From IMG/VR virus record IMGVR_UViG_3300009506_000014, positions 13,156 through 77,155 of that record: DNA of 64,000 nucleotides. One strand, given 5' to 3'. Positions 37,875 to 47,424 of the stretch are shown piece by piece. The notes under the pieces were generated by a model. The model was not told the origin of the DNA and searched no databases. It saw only the letters and a program-made list of their open reading frames with translations. Positions within the stretch are counted from its first letter, which is position 1. Each line of letters begins with the position of its first letter. The DNA is from a virus. Both the position numbers and the translations under genes were made by a program.

Positions 37875-38756
37875 TTAAAGTTCGATACCTGAAGAATTGA
37901 TTTTCTTCATAATTTCTTTTGCTGATTTGACAGCCTTGGCTCTGTCACTTTTACTCTCTCTCAAATCTATCGGTTTGAGATTTGCAAGCTTGGCAATGAC
38001 TTCGGTTCTGATTTTATCAAGGTTATCGTCACCGATGAAATCCATCTTGGGGACTAACTTGCAGAAATCGGCAAGGTTGGTAATCAAAGAGTCACGGAAT
38101 ATGGCTTTGGGGTCACTCAAGGTCTTTTCAACCTTGCCAATTAAATCAGCCAGTTGATTCCAAAGGTCACTCATGGCTTTCTGTGTCGCTGCATTGATGC
38201 TGGCTTCAACTTTTGCTTTAATCTCTTCGGCTTCTTCAGAGCCAACATCGACTCTGAAGTCATTGACATCGGGCATCGGGTAGATATCCTGATGTACTGC
38301 AAATTTGTCACGAAGTTCAGAGACACTTGGAATGTAGCCTTCATAATCTTTCCAAAGTGACCCAAAATCTTTTTTTCGGTTTTCAATGATAGTTGGAAAT
38401 CTTTTCAAAAATGCTTCGACCGCTTTGTTGTAGTCATTGACAACTGAATTCATTTTTTCTCGGTATTCCATAAACATCTTACTTGGCAGAATCCGAACAC
38501 CGCCATCCATCCAAGGCAGTGTTAAGTTTGTCCACGTGTATCGAATTCGTGTCCTCAACTCAGCGACAGGTTTAAGCTCGGTCTGAGGGATGAGCTTATC
38601 AATCCAGTGACCAACATCATTAGTTGCATTCTTAGCTATCACGACTTCCCTTGTGACCTTCTTGTTCTTCTTTGCTCCGCTCCAATAGCTTACTCTGATA
38701 TGTGTAAGCATTGCACGTTCACTTAATCTACTTGATTTTTTTGTTTTAGGTGACAT
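37875..38756 (-). CDS. helical hypothetical protein accompanying the MoxR/VWA pair
   Basis: 293-aa ORF, TLPW.DGG.RILP. Confidence 0.65.
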   Translation of the reverse strand: MSPKTKKSSRLSERAMLTHIRVSYWSGAKKNKKVTREVVIAKNATNDVGHWIDKLIPQTELKPVAELRTRIRYTWTNLTLPWMDGGVRILPSKMFMEYREKMNSVVNDYNKAVEAFLKRFPTIIENRKKDFGSLWKDYEGYIPSVSELRDKFAVHQDIYPMPDVNDFRVDVGSEEAEEIKAKVEASINAATQKAMSDLWNQLADLIGKVEKTLSDPKAIFRDSLITNLADFCKLVPKMDFIGDDNLDKIRTEVIAKLANLKPIDLRESKSDRAKAVKSAKEIMKKINSSGIEL

Positions 38757-38835
38757 TTTGTTTCTCCTTTTAAGGAATGGGACAGACAGGATTATCTGTC
38801 CCGGTTAATGTTGTTAGGTGACAATTTTATGTTTG

Positions 38836-39201
38836 TTACTGATGTGCCCCGCAGTAGTCACAGACTTTAACACCATAGCCAACAAACTCATCACATCGTT
38901 TGCAGTTATATTGTATCCATCCACAGTGGTGACATGTTTCTTCTGTAACATCAATGTGTCTCTCACAATGGGCACACCGATGAGTTTCCAGTGCAAGGTT
39001 GTGTAATTCATTTTCATTGAATCTTACATACTCATAAAGTCCCCGTTTGGTGGAGACTTCAACTCGGTCGGGACGTCGTTTCCAAGTTTTGGGCTTGCCG
39101 ATGACTTTGTACTTGGCAGGTGACCCATCGGCGTTTTCTAATATCAGGTGATAAAGGATTTGTCCATACTTCAAATTTTTGGCTTGTTCTAAAGTAATCA
39201 T
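38836..39201 (-). CDS. zinc-ribbon protein
   Basis: four CxxC pairs at the C-terminus. Confidence 0.65.
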   Translation of the reverse strand: MITLEQAKNLKYGQILYHLILENADGSPAKYKVIGKPKTWKRRPDRVEVSTKRGLYEYVRFNENELHNLALETHRCAHCERHIDVTEETCHHCGWIQYNCKRCDEFVGYGVKVCDYCGAHQ

Positions 39202-39240
39202 TTTGTTTCTCCGTGACTAAGGGTTGGTATTGACATTTGT

Positions 39241-39537
39241 TTATTTGATTGTAACTTTGTGACCTTTGTTGAATGTGTAAGTTAGTGTGCCCGGCTTGTG
39301 ACCCTCGACAGTGTTGATTGTGCATTGCACCGTAAACTTTTTGACACAGTGAAATTTCTTATCGACAGTAACCTTCGGGTTGTGTAATTCTGTACACCAG
39401 TGACAGTTTCCAGCGAGTCCCCGTCTAATCCAGCCGATTGCTGAATTAATCCAGAAAGCATCAACTTTGTTGTGACGTAGGAAATCCGTTATCTTTTCGA
39501 TATTTGACATTTTATCAATTTGTTTTTTAGGTGACAT
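39241..39537 (-). CDS. hypothetical protein (first early gene, start MSPKK)
   Basis: shared AGGAGAAACAAAATG cassette. Confidence 0.6.
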   Translation of the reverse strand: MSPKKQIDKMSNIEKITDFLRHNKVDAFWINSAIGWIRRGLAGNCHWCTELHNPKVTVDKKFHCVKKFTVQCTINTVEGHKPGTLTYTFNKGHKVTIK

Positions 39538-39636
39538 TTTGTTTCTCCTGAAAATTGGTGGTTGGTAATCTAATAAGGAACGCACACATGCACGCACGCA
39601 TTATGCACGCACGCACACGCGAGACGTGACATTTAA

Positions 39637-39676
39637 GCCCTTGTATCGGAGTCGAACCGATGAGCCGTTCAAGGGC
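39637..39676 (-). ncRNA. tRNA-like minihelix (acceptor-like stem plus T arm)
   Basis: GCCCTTG-aacggctc-ATCGG-TTCGACT-CCGAT-a-CAAGGGC. Confidence 0.5.
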
Positions 39677-40010
39677 ATTGAATATTTTGTGGTGACTTTC
39701 GCTTTGTCGGATTTTAGCATCCGTTTTAACTTGCCGCCCTGCATCGCAGTGACGACCAACGAGTATTGCTTCAGGGGCTATCGACTATCATCAGCATAGC
39801 TTGACGCTTGGTACTTGTGGGACATCCGATTATCGCAACCGTATGTGCTTCAACGCTCCTGCGAGCGTGACCTTCTGCATCCGTTTCAGTGACTTCTATT
39901 TTTTACTCCGGCATTCCAATTTTCGATTTTGGCCCTGAGCTTGAAAACCACCTTCCCGGCTTCGTTTTGCATCATATTATTAACTTTTCAATAACATCTT
40001 ATTTATACAT

Positions 40011-40054
40011 ATTATCGTCTAAATAAGACTAAAAATCAAGTAAAATCTTGTCAA
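40011..40054 (-). promoter_or_regulatory. overlapping sigma70-type leftward promoters
   Basis: TTGACA-17-TAGTCT and TTGATT-17-GATAAT. Confidence 0.65.
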
Positions 40055-40074
40055 TATTATAAAATAGTTGAAAA

Positions 40075-40380
40075 TCGCTGTTTTTGGCCTAAAAACCGGG
40101 CTTTTTGGCATAAAAAAATATTGGACAAATTAATACAACGGATGTTATATGCTTGCAATCGTGACTCGTTTGTGATATACTATTAAAAATAATCGTTGTT
40201 TTTAGGCTAAAAACACGGTTTTTCGGGTATCCACCCCCGAAAAGTGCCCTGAAAATGCGGTTTTTTGTGTCATTCTTAGTCACAATACCCCATTTTTGGC
40301 CTGAAAATGCGGTTTTTGGCGTCACAAGTCCTGTTTTTGGGCTGAAAATGAAGATTTTAGGCGTCACAAATAGAAAAGTC
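40075..40380. repeat. iterated A/T-tract repeats upstream of TerS
   Basis: tttttggc(c/a)t(g/a)aaaa variants about 5 times; ctgaaaatgcggttttt twice; ggcgtcacaa twice. Confidence 0.65.
40153..40181 (+). promoter_or_regulatory. sigma70-type rightward promoter
   Basis: TTGCAA-17-TATACT with TGn extension. Confidence 0.65.
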
Positions 40381-40411
40381 ACGTATCAGCATATATGGAG
40401 ATAGGCTGAAT

Positions 40412-41188
40412 ATGGCAAAAAAGAAATGGAGTGACAAGTTAGTAATCAAGGCGTATGAGTACGCATACGCGGGACTTCGCAACGGTCAAATCGCAAGGAC
40501 ATTTGGCATCAGTAAAAACCGTTTTGCCGATTGGAAAAAGCTTCATCCTCTTTTTGCTTATGCTCTGAAACGGGCAAGAAAAAAACGTGACAAGGAGAAC
40601 GGCGAGTCAATGAGTTTTCGTGACTATGTATATCAGCAACTTCCTGACAATATACAGAAAGTATGGGATGAAGTCACGGAGCTTGATGAAGCGGAATCCG
40701 GTCAAGCTGCCATTGAAGCTCTTTTGTCACAACACGGAAAACGAGTCAGACAAAATATATTTGTTCATGCTATGGTGTCATCAAATTTCTCGCTGAGCCA
40801 GTCACTTAAAAGGGCCAATATAAGTAAAGCAACTTTGGACTATTGGAAAAAGAATGAGCCTGAGTTTGCTGTCCTCATCGAAGAGCTAAACTGGCATAAA
40901 AAGAATTTCTTTGAAGACCACTTGGCGACATTGGTTGCTGGTGGTGATTCTGCCGCTACGATATTCGCTAACCGTTCTTTCAATGCAGACCGGGGCTATG
41001 GAGATAAGCAAAGAGTTGATGTCAATGTGAATGCACAGATTGAAACGTCAACACCATTATCGCTTGAAGAGCTTGACTTGCCCCCGGAGCTATTGAAACA
41101 GATTTTAGACCATATACGTCATAAAAAGATTATCGAATCCAAGGTAGTCACGGAAAAGAAAAAACTATTGGAAGCAGGAGCGGCATAA
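40412..41188 (+). CDS. terminase small subunit (HTH)
   Basis: N-terminal HTH, AATIF...DRGYG; upstream of TerL. Confidence 0.7.
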   Translation: MAKKKWSDKLVIKAYEYAYAGLRNGQIARTFGISKNRFADWKKLHPLFAYALKRARKKRDKENGESMSFRDYVYQQLPDNIQKVWDEVTELDEAESGQAAIEALLSQHGKRVRQNIFVHAMVSSNFSLSQSLKRANISKATLDYWKKNEPEFAVLIEELNWHKKNFFEDHLATLVAGGDSAATIFANRSFNADRGYGDKQRVDVNVNAQIETSTPLSLEELDLPPELLKQILDHIRHKKIIESKVVTEKKKLLEAGAA

Positions 41189-41205
41189 TTATAAGGAGTC
41201 ACGAA

Positions 41206-41478
41206 ATGTTCAGGACAATTAAAAGATGGCTCGGCATAAAACGGCCTGAGTATTATATCAGGATTGTAACTGCTATGGTCACGATTGAAGTCAAAGCAGA
41301 AAGTAAAAACGACTTGGATTATTTGGTCACGGAGCATCTGGACAAGCTGGTTCTAAAAGCAAAGGAAGTTGCTCAGGATGTCATTGCCGAACAAAAAAGC
41401 GTATGTGCAAAAGAAGTTAATAAAAGTATGATGTTGTCAACACCAATAAGAAGTGGAATTACTACGGGCAGAGCATGA
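41206..41478 (+). CDS. hypothetical protein
   Basis: AAGGAG RBS. Confidence 0.55.
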   Translation: MFRTIKRWLGIKRPEYYIRIVTAMVTIEVKAESKNDLDYLVTEHLDKLVLKAKEVAQDVIAEQKSVCAKEVNKSMMLSTPIRSGITTGRA

Positions 41479-43031
41479 AAGATAAAATGACACGTAGGGA
41501 TTTACTTAAAGCCGGGGCTATGGCTGCCATTGGAGTGGGTGTCTCGTCACTTTCAGAGGAAGATAAGGCTTTAAGCAGTAGTCTTTCCGTCACGGAGATA
41601 GATGCAATCCGAGCCTATACGAGACAGTCCTTTTACGGCTTCGTCCAAGAATTTTGGGATACTGTCATTCCTGAAAGTCCCGTATGGAATTGGCATATTG
41701 AATACTTGTGTAATGAATTGCAGTTTATTGCCGAACGTGTGTTTGAGGGACTTCCAAAGCTTTACGACCTTGTTATTAATATAAGTCCCGGTAGTACCAA
41801 GTCAACGATATGCAGCATCATGTTTCCTGCATGGGTGTGGACAAGAATGGCGTCAGCCCGAATTATTTGTGCATCGTATGCTTACAACCTTGCAATGGAT
41901 TTGTCTCGTAAGAATCGTGACGTTGTATTATCTGAAAGGTATCAAGCGTGTTTTCCTGAATTACAACTACGTGACGACCAATCGGCAAAGAGCTATTTCA
42001 TTAATCGGCTTGGCGGTTCAAGATATTCGGTTGGTGTTGGTGGCTCTGTGACAGGTCTGCACGCTCATTTTCTTTTTGTTGATGACCCATTAGACCCAAA
42101 TGAAGCTGTCTCTGAAGCGGATTTGAAAACAGCAAACCGATGGATGAAAGAGACACTACCCACGAGAAAAGTCAACAAGCTGATTACGCCTACAATTTTA
42201 ATCATGCAGAGACTCCATCAGGATGACCCTGCACAGAATATGATTGACAGGGCTGAAGAGGGTGGAGCTAAAGTAAGGCATATATGTCTCCCCGGCGAAT
42301 TGACAGAGGATGTCAAGCCAAAAGAGTTAAGAGCCAAATATGTTGACGGCTTGATGGATGTAAACAGGTTAGACCGACAAGTGCTGAAAGAAATGTATGT
42401 CGCCTTGGGTGAGTATGGATATGCAGGGCAGATATTACAACGTCCTGTCCCGTTAGGCGGTGGTATGTTCAAGACCGACAAAATCAGAATAGTCGATGCT
42501 CCCCCTTGTAAAGTCATAAGATGTATTCGATATTGGGACAAAGCAGCGTCACACAACAAAGGGGCTTTTACAGTTGGGGCTTTATTATGTGAAGATGAAA
42601 AGGGATGCACAGGGATACTTGACATACAAAGGGGACAATGGGGTTCATACGAAAGAGAGTCACATATCTTGTCTACTGCACAGTTGGACGGGAAAAAAAT
42701 TAGGATATGGATAGAGCAGGAGCCGGGCAGTGGTGGCAAGGACTCGGCAGAATATACAATAGGAAGTCTCCGGGGCTTCAGGGTGTTTGCTGAGAAAGTA
42801 GGGGCTTCAGAGGGCAGTAAGCAATTAAGAGCAGAACCGCTTGCGTCACAGGTCAATGCAGGAAATGTTTGGATGATACGAAGTGACTGGAATAAGGAAT
42901 ATATCAGTGAGTTGTCATTCTTTCCATTCTCAAAATACAAAGACCAAGTTGATGCGTCATCGGGTGCTTTTAACAAGTTGACAAAGAAACGAACAAGAAT
43001 TGGTGGATATGGTAGAAGAAAAGGAACATGA
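41475..43031 (+). CDS. terL: terminase large subunit with twin-arginine-like N-terminus
   Basis: INISPGSTKS, FVDDP, MQRLH, YWDKA, EQEPG, KDQVDA. Confidence 0.93.
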   Translation: MKDKMTRRDLLKAGAMAAIGVGVSSLSEEDKALSSSLSVTEIDAIRAYTRQSFYGFVQEFWDTVIPESPVWNWHIEYLCNELQFIAERVFEGLPKLYDLVINISPGSTKSTICSIMFPAWVWTRMASARIICASYAYNLAMDLSRKNRDVVLSERYQACFPELQLRDDQSAKSYFINRLGGSRYSVGVGGSVTGLHAHFLFVDDPLDPNEAVSEADLKTANRWMKETLPTRKVNKLITPTILIMQRLHQDDPAQNMIDRAEEGGAKVRHICLPGELTEDVKPKELRAKYVDGLMDVNRLDRQVLKEMYVALGEYGYAGQILQRPVPLGGGMFKTDKIRIVDAPPCKVIRCIRYWDKAASHNKGAFTVGALLCEDEKGCTGILDIQRGQWGSYERESHILSTAQLDGKKIRIWIEQEPGSGGKDSAEYTIGSLRGFRVFAEKVGASEGSKQLRAEPLASQVNAGNVWMIRSDWNKEYISELSFFPFSKYKDQVDASSGAFNKLTKKRTRIGGYGRRKGT

Positions 43032-43032
43032 C

Positions 43033-43233
43033 ATGGCAAAAACAATGGAGCAGAAAAATAATGTCCCGGACATTGGGGAAGTGCTTTACACCATTTTGGC
43101 AAATCAAGTGACAATTTTGGATTTATTAAAATGCTTCCATCGTCACGATATAAATGGTATGAGTGAAATAAGTCAGCAGTTAATAAAGATGGACAGAACA
43201 TCAAGAGACTTATTGAAAAGAATGCAATTATGA
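43033..43233 (+). CDS. hypothetical protein
   Basis: probable start MAKT after AAGGA. Confidence 0.45.
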   Translation: MAKTMEQKNNVPDIGEVLYTILANQVTILDLLKCFHRHDINGMSEISQQLIKMDRTSRDLLKRMQL

Positions 43234-43787
43234 AAAATGACAAGATAAAACGAAGAAGTTTTTTGCAAGGTCTTGCAGCCATTGTGACAACTGGGACTTT
43301 GGTAAAAAAGACCGAAGGCAAAGTGACAGAGCAGACGAAGACGAAAGAAATATTGCCGCCACCTTCATTTGCCCCAACTTACAGAGAAAATAAACCAGCG
43401 GAACACACAGAGCTTATGCCACCTATATGTATAAGTAGATGTGAGTTAAATGAGGGAGAGACGAGGTTGACATTCCGGGCTGGGGGACAGGAGTATTATA
43501 TCTATCCTGATAAGATAGAAATGACATATCATTCATATTCAAGACAAGTGACTCCAGATTATTGTGTTGTCAATTCTCCGGGATATATGGGGACAATGAT
43601 AGTAAAAGGTTGGTTTGGTGGTGGTAGTCCCGGTGTGTGTATTGAAGATATGATAGGGAGAAGTGGTGACCTTGTTATTCGCAAGCTGGAAGAAGGTCAC
43701 GAGTTTATTTGTAAAGCTTCGTTGGTTGAAGTTAGGATAGAAATTAGTCGATTAGTCACGGAGTTAATATTTTATATATATCAATAG
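43230..43787 (+). CDS. protein with Tat-type signal peptide
   Basis: KRRSFLQGLAAIVTTG. Confidence 0.65.
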   Translation: MKNDKIKRRSFLQGLAAIVTTGTLVKKTEGKVTEQTKTKEILPPPSFAPTYRENKPAEHTELMPPICISRCELNEGETRLTFRAGGQEYYIYPDKIEMTYHSYSRQVTPDYCVVNSPGYMGTMIVKGWFGGGSPGVCIEDMIGRSGDLVIRKLEEGHEFICKASLVEVRIEISRLVTELIFYIYQ

Positions 43788-43801
43788 GAAAGGACATTAG
43801 T

Positions 43802-44101
43802 ATGGAAAAGAAAATTGAACGGCGTGGATTTCTAAAGGGACTTACCGGGGTGATAGCTGGAATTACAGTCGGTGCAAAAGCCGCATCTGTCACACCAACA
43901 AAAGAGCCTACAATTAGAAGTCCCGAACCAGCAGAAGAGTTTGATGATGACATTTGGAATAAACTTGCAGAAGAGTTTGATGATGACAGTTGGATTAAAC
44001 TTGATGAAGCAATTATTAAACATGGACGTGAACTGCTACAAAGAGTGATGGCCGGAAAGAGTCACAGTCGTTTCAAATCAAGAATACCAAAAAGGAGATA
44101 A
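43802..44101 (+). CDS. protein with Tat-type signal peptide and 12-aa duplication
   Basis: ERRGFLKGLTGVIAGITVGAKA; AEEFDDDxWxKL twice. Confidence 0.65.
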   Translation: MEKKIERRGFLKGLTGVIAGITVGAKAASVTPTKEPTIRSPEPAEEFDDDIWNKLAEEFDDDSWIKLDEAIIKHGRELLQRVMAGKSHSRFKSRIPKRR

Positions 44102-44105
44102 ATAT

Positions 44106-44639
44106 ATGCTGACAAGAAGAAGTTTATTTAGAAGAGCCGGGGAAGCCATAGCCTATGTGACAGGCTGGTTATATATGACAAGCGGAGCAAAGCCGAAAAA
44201 GGAAAAAGCAGCAGAGCTTCCACAGTACAAAAGTTTTATCAGTAACAAAATTTATGTCCCACCATTTGAAGTGACTGATAAAGATATTGTGGATTGTTTG
44301 GTCTATGCCAATTATCAGTTTAATCAATGGCTTAATTGTGGATTTGACAAACGTCATGAAATGCCTGTTCTTTATATGTCACAAAGATTCTATGACAATA
44401 TGTGCCTATTGTACATTTCCAGATGGCCCAACCGGGCTATTTCAGATAGTCACGTTATGGAATGCAGACATGAAGGTAATTTATGGGGACTTCAACAGGT
44501 TTTCAATTTGGATATAGAGATTGTCCCGGATGGTGTGATTGATTGGGGTGATGGCCCGGAATATAGTTGTTTCCTTACTTGTATTTCCTGTGAAGGGACA
44601 GCACAATCAAGAAATATGAAATATAAGAAAATAGATTAG
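44106..44639 (+). CDS. protein with Tat-like N-terminus
   Basis: TRRSLFRRAGEAIAYV. Confidence 0.55.
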   Translation: MLTRRSLFRRAGEAIAYVTGWLYMTSGAKPKKEKAAELPQYKSFISNKIYVPPFEVTDKDIVDCLVYANYQFNQWLNCGFDKRHEMPVLYMSQRFYDNMCLLYISRWPNRAISDSHVMECRHEGNLWGLQQVFNLDIEIVPDGVIDWGDGPEYSCFLTCISCEGTAQSRNMKYKKID

Positions 44640-44649
44640 GAGTCACGAT

Positions 44650-46254
44650 ATGGCAAAAAAGAAGAAAAAGGGTAAAGTCACGGCTAATACGGATGCCGAA
44701 GTTACTGTCATTAAGCCAGAGGATGTAGTAGCCAACAGTGTCCCGGCTGAAGTGCTTCAGGCAAGAGAAAGACGTATAGCATTCAATCAGATGATGGCAA
44801 TGCAGTTGGCAGGAGTTACTGGCAATACGGCATTGATGAGCAGACAAGCTTTACTGAGTGCATTGAATACAGAACGTGACTATAACTTCGAGTGCGGATA
44901 TCCTGACGTATTAATGACAAAGCATTATACGGAAATGTTTGGGCGTGAAGGTATAGGCAAACGAGTTGTCACGGTTTATCCCGAAGAGTGCTGGTCACAA
45001 CATCCTGAAATCAACGAGAATGAAGATGAAAGTGACGAGACAGAATTCGAGAAGGCAGTAAAAGACCTTGTCAAAGATTTGAGACTTTGGGAATATTTGG
45101 AACGAATTGACATCTTGAGCGGTGTCGGTCGTTTTGGTGTCCTTTTGCTCGGTATTGATGACGGGATGCCACTTGATAAGCCACTTCCCGGTGTCAATGA
45201 CATAACAGGTGAAATCACTCCGCAGGGTGAAAGAAAGCTCTTGTATCTCAGGCCGTTTGATGAGGGTTGTGTACGTGTTGACAGGAAGGTGATTGATACT
45301 ACGTCACCAAGGTTTGGGTATCCGATGATGTATGATATAACCTTCCGTGACTATGATACTGTTAGCGGTATTGTAGAGACACATCTGAAAGTTCACTGGT
45401 CACGAGTGATTCACATTGCGGATAACAAGGAAGTCTCTGAGATTTACGGTGTCCCGCGTATGAAGCCTGTGTATAACAGACTTGTTGACGTTCGGAAGCT
45501 TCTTGCTGGCTCAGGTGAAATGTTCTGGAAGGGTGGATTTCCCGGTTATGCAATGGAGATAAACCCGGACATTCAAGACCCTGAAATAGATGTTGACTCT
45601 GTGAAAGAAGAGTTTCGGAATTATTCTGAGGGACTTCAGAGATATCTGGCTATTGAGGGTGTGAGTGTCAAGAGCTTGCAACCACAGGTAGCAGACCCGG
45701 TTGGTCACTTTACCACACAGGTCAAGGCTATAGCAATGACAATCGGTGTCCCGTACAGAATCTTCATGGGTTCTGAGGAAGCCAAGCTTGCCAGTAGTGA
45801 GGATAAGTCAACATGGAATGAACGCAAGAAAAGACGGCGAGAGAATTATTTGTCACCTTGCGTTGTCCGGGCGACACTTGATAGATTGCAGCAAATCGGC
45901 GTATTAAAGGAAGCCGAATATGAAGTCAATTGGCCTGACCCGGAGACACCAAACGATGACGACATTGCCAGTGTTGCTCAAAAGGTGTCGGATGCCCTGA
46001 GCAAGTACACAGCAAACGATGTGGAGACAGTGATGCCACCACTGGAATTCTTCACTAAGGTTCTGAAGATGTCACAGGAAGAAGCTGAAGCGGTAGAGGA
46101 AGCCCGGCAGAAACATAATGAAGAGCTTGACCAAGAACGAGAGGATGACTTGGCACAAAGAGAGCAGGATGTCTCTATTCGTGAAGAGACATCACGTAAG
46201 AACGAGTTGAAAAACAAGATGCAAGATAACAGTTGGACTAAGGATGGGGAATGA
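44650..46254 (+). CDS. portal protein (DUF1073-like)
   Basis: GRFGVLLLG, VHWSRVIH, IGVPYRIFMG; between TerL and the head morphogenesis gene. Confidence 0.8.
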   Translation: MAKKKKKGKVTANTDAEVTVIKPEDVVANSVPAEVLQARERRIAFNQMMAMQLAGVTGNTALMSRQALLSALNTERDYNFECGYPDVLMTKHYTEMFGREGIGKRVVTVYPEECWSQHPEINENEDESDETEFEKAVKDLVKDLRLWEYLERIDILSGVGRFGVLLLGIDDGMPLDKPLPGVNDITGEITPQGERKLLYLRPFDEGCVRVDRKVIDTTSPRFGYPMMYDITFRDYDTVSGIVETHLKVHWSRVIHIADNKEVSEIYGVPRMKPVYNRLVDVRKLLAGSGEMFWKGGFPGYAMEINPDIQDPEIDVDSVKEEFRNYSEGLQRYLAIEGVSVKSLQPQVADPVGHFTTQVKAIAMTIGVPYRIFMGSEEAKLASSEDKSTWNERKKRRRENYLSPCVVRATLDRLQQIGVLKEAEYEVNWPDPETPNDDDIASVAQKVSDALSKYTANDVETVMPPLEFFTKVLKMSQEEAEAVEEARQKHNEELDQEREDDLAQREQDVSIREETSRKNELKNKMQDNSWTKDGE

Positions 46255-46257
46255 CAC

Positions 46258-47103
46258 ATGGCAAATTATGACCCGTCACGAACAGCAGGACTTCGCCGCA
46301 GGTTTGTAGGCCAGATGAACAAACGCTTCCAGAAAGTCAATCGGGAAATCAGGGAATTTCTTGTCAAGGATGATGCGTTTGGATTGACAGCCCCGGATAG
46401 TCCCTTGATTATCCAACAACAAGTCCCCTATCGTCAATACCAGTTCTTGACAAATCCGCAGAAAACGGCAGCATTCCGAAAGTGGCTACAGGATAGAATC
46501 AATGCCGGGATTCTAAGTGTTGACGTGAAGGGTAAGCCTTGGACAGCCGAATATATTGACTCTGCATACAGGAAGGGAATGACACGAGCATTTATTGACA
46601 CACTTCCCCCGGCTAAAGCTGGCTCTTATGATTTTTTCATGGGTAGTAAAAAAGAGTTTTTGCGTCAAGCATTTATGCAACCGGAAATGCTGAGTAAAAT
46701 TGAATTATTGTCAACACGTGCTTTTGAGAATCTTAAGGACATCACTACTTCTATGTCGGCACAATTAAACAGGATTCTTAGCGATGGATTGTCACATGGT
46801 CATTCCCCGGAGAAGATAAGCAGGGCAATGGCTAAACAGATAGGCAAGCTGTCACGGACAAGAGCAAGAGTATTGGCCCGTACTGAGATTATTAATGCTC
46901 ATGCTGAGGGACAGCTTGATGGATTTGAGAAATTAGGAATAAAGAAAACACAATTAAGAGCAGAGTGGTCAACGGCAGGGGATGACATTGTATGTCCTCA
47001 GTGTGGGGCTATGGAAGGTGAGACTTTCTCCATTGATAAGGCAAGGGGACTTATTCCTTTACATCCGAATTGTCGTTGTGCATGGATACCATATACAAAA
47101 TAA
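46258..47103 (+). CDS. minor head morphogenesis protein (SPP1 gp7/Mu gpF)
   Basis: RARVLARTE, WSTAGDD.VCPQC, PLHPNCRC. Confidence 0.9.
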   Translation: MANYDPSRTAGLRRRFVGQMNKRFQKVNREIREFLVKDDAFGLTAPDSPLIIQQQVPYRQYQFLTNPQKTAAFRKWLQDRINAGILSVDVKGKPWTAEYIDSAYRKGMTRAFIDTLPPAKAGSYDFFMGSKKEFLRQAFMQPEMLSKIELLSTRAFENLKDITTSMSAQLNRILSDGLSHGHSPEKISRAMAKQIGKLSRTRARVLARTEIINAHAEGQLDGFEKLGIKKTQLRAEWSTAGDDIVCPQCGAMEGETFSIDKARGLIPLHPNCRCAWIPYTK

Positions 47104-47115
47104 AGAAAGGAAAGA

Positions 47116-47259
47116 ATGGTAATGGTAAGAGCAAGAGAACAAAAGCCAATTACAGTAAGCTGTCCCTTGGGCATTAAGCGTAAATGTCTCGGCAGCAGGA
47201 AATATAAACGATTTGTAAAGAATGCAATCTTGATAAGACCTAAAAGAAAGGCGGTGTGA
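47116..47259 (+). CDS. small basic protein (47 aa)
   Basis: AAGGA RBS; MVMVRAREQKPITVSCPLG... Confidence 0.4.
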   Translation: MVMVRAREQKPITVSCPLGIKRKCLGSRKYKRFVKNAILIRPKRKAV

Positions 47260-47260
47260 C

Positions 47261-47335
47261 ATGGGATGTGGTGGAAGTAAAGGTGGCGGTGGGCGTCGTA
47301 AAGGTGGTCGTCGCAAAGGTGGCAAGCGAAAATGA
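47261..47335 (+). CDS. 24-aa Gly/Arg/Lys peptide
   Basis: MGCGGSKGGGGRRKGGRRKGGKRK; AGGCGG RBS-like site. Confidence 0.45.
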   Translation: MGCGGSKGGGGRRKGGRRKGGKRK

Positions 47336-47424
47336 GTATTTCTTAATCGAACCTTGTCACGGATTGTTTGATTTCTAATTTGAAGGGGCAATTGCTGTGA
47401 CAAGGTTTTTTACAGAAAGGACAG

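Noticed and set aside
39637-39676. Canonical tRNA gene
   Set aside because: No D arm, anticodon arm or CCA
42218-43321. 367-aa antisense ORF over terL
   Set aside because: No motifs, wrong strand for the operon, overlaps a conserved gene
10982-43430. Self-targets of the TIGR-like spacers (single 9-mer matches near 10982, 33102 and 43423)
   Set aside because: A single 9-mer is expected by chance in 64 kb and the partner spacer is not adjacent in any case
47261-47281. Eukaryotic N-myristoylation motif MGCGGSK
   Set aside because: All other signals (SD sites, sigma70 promoters, sigma factor) indicate a bacterial host; likely coincidence
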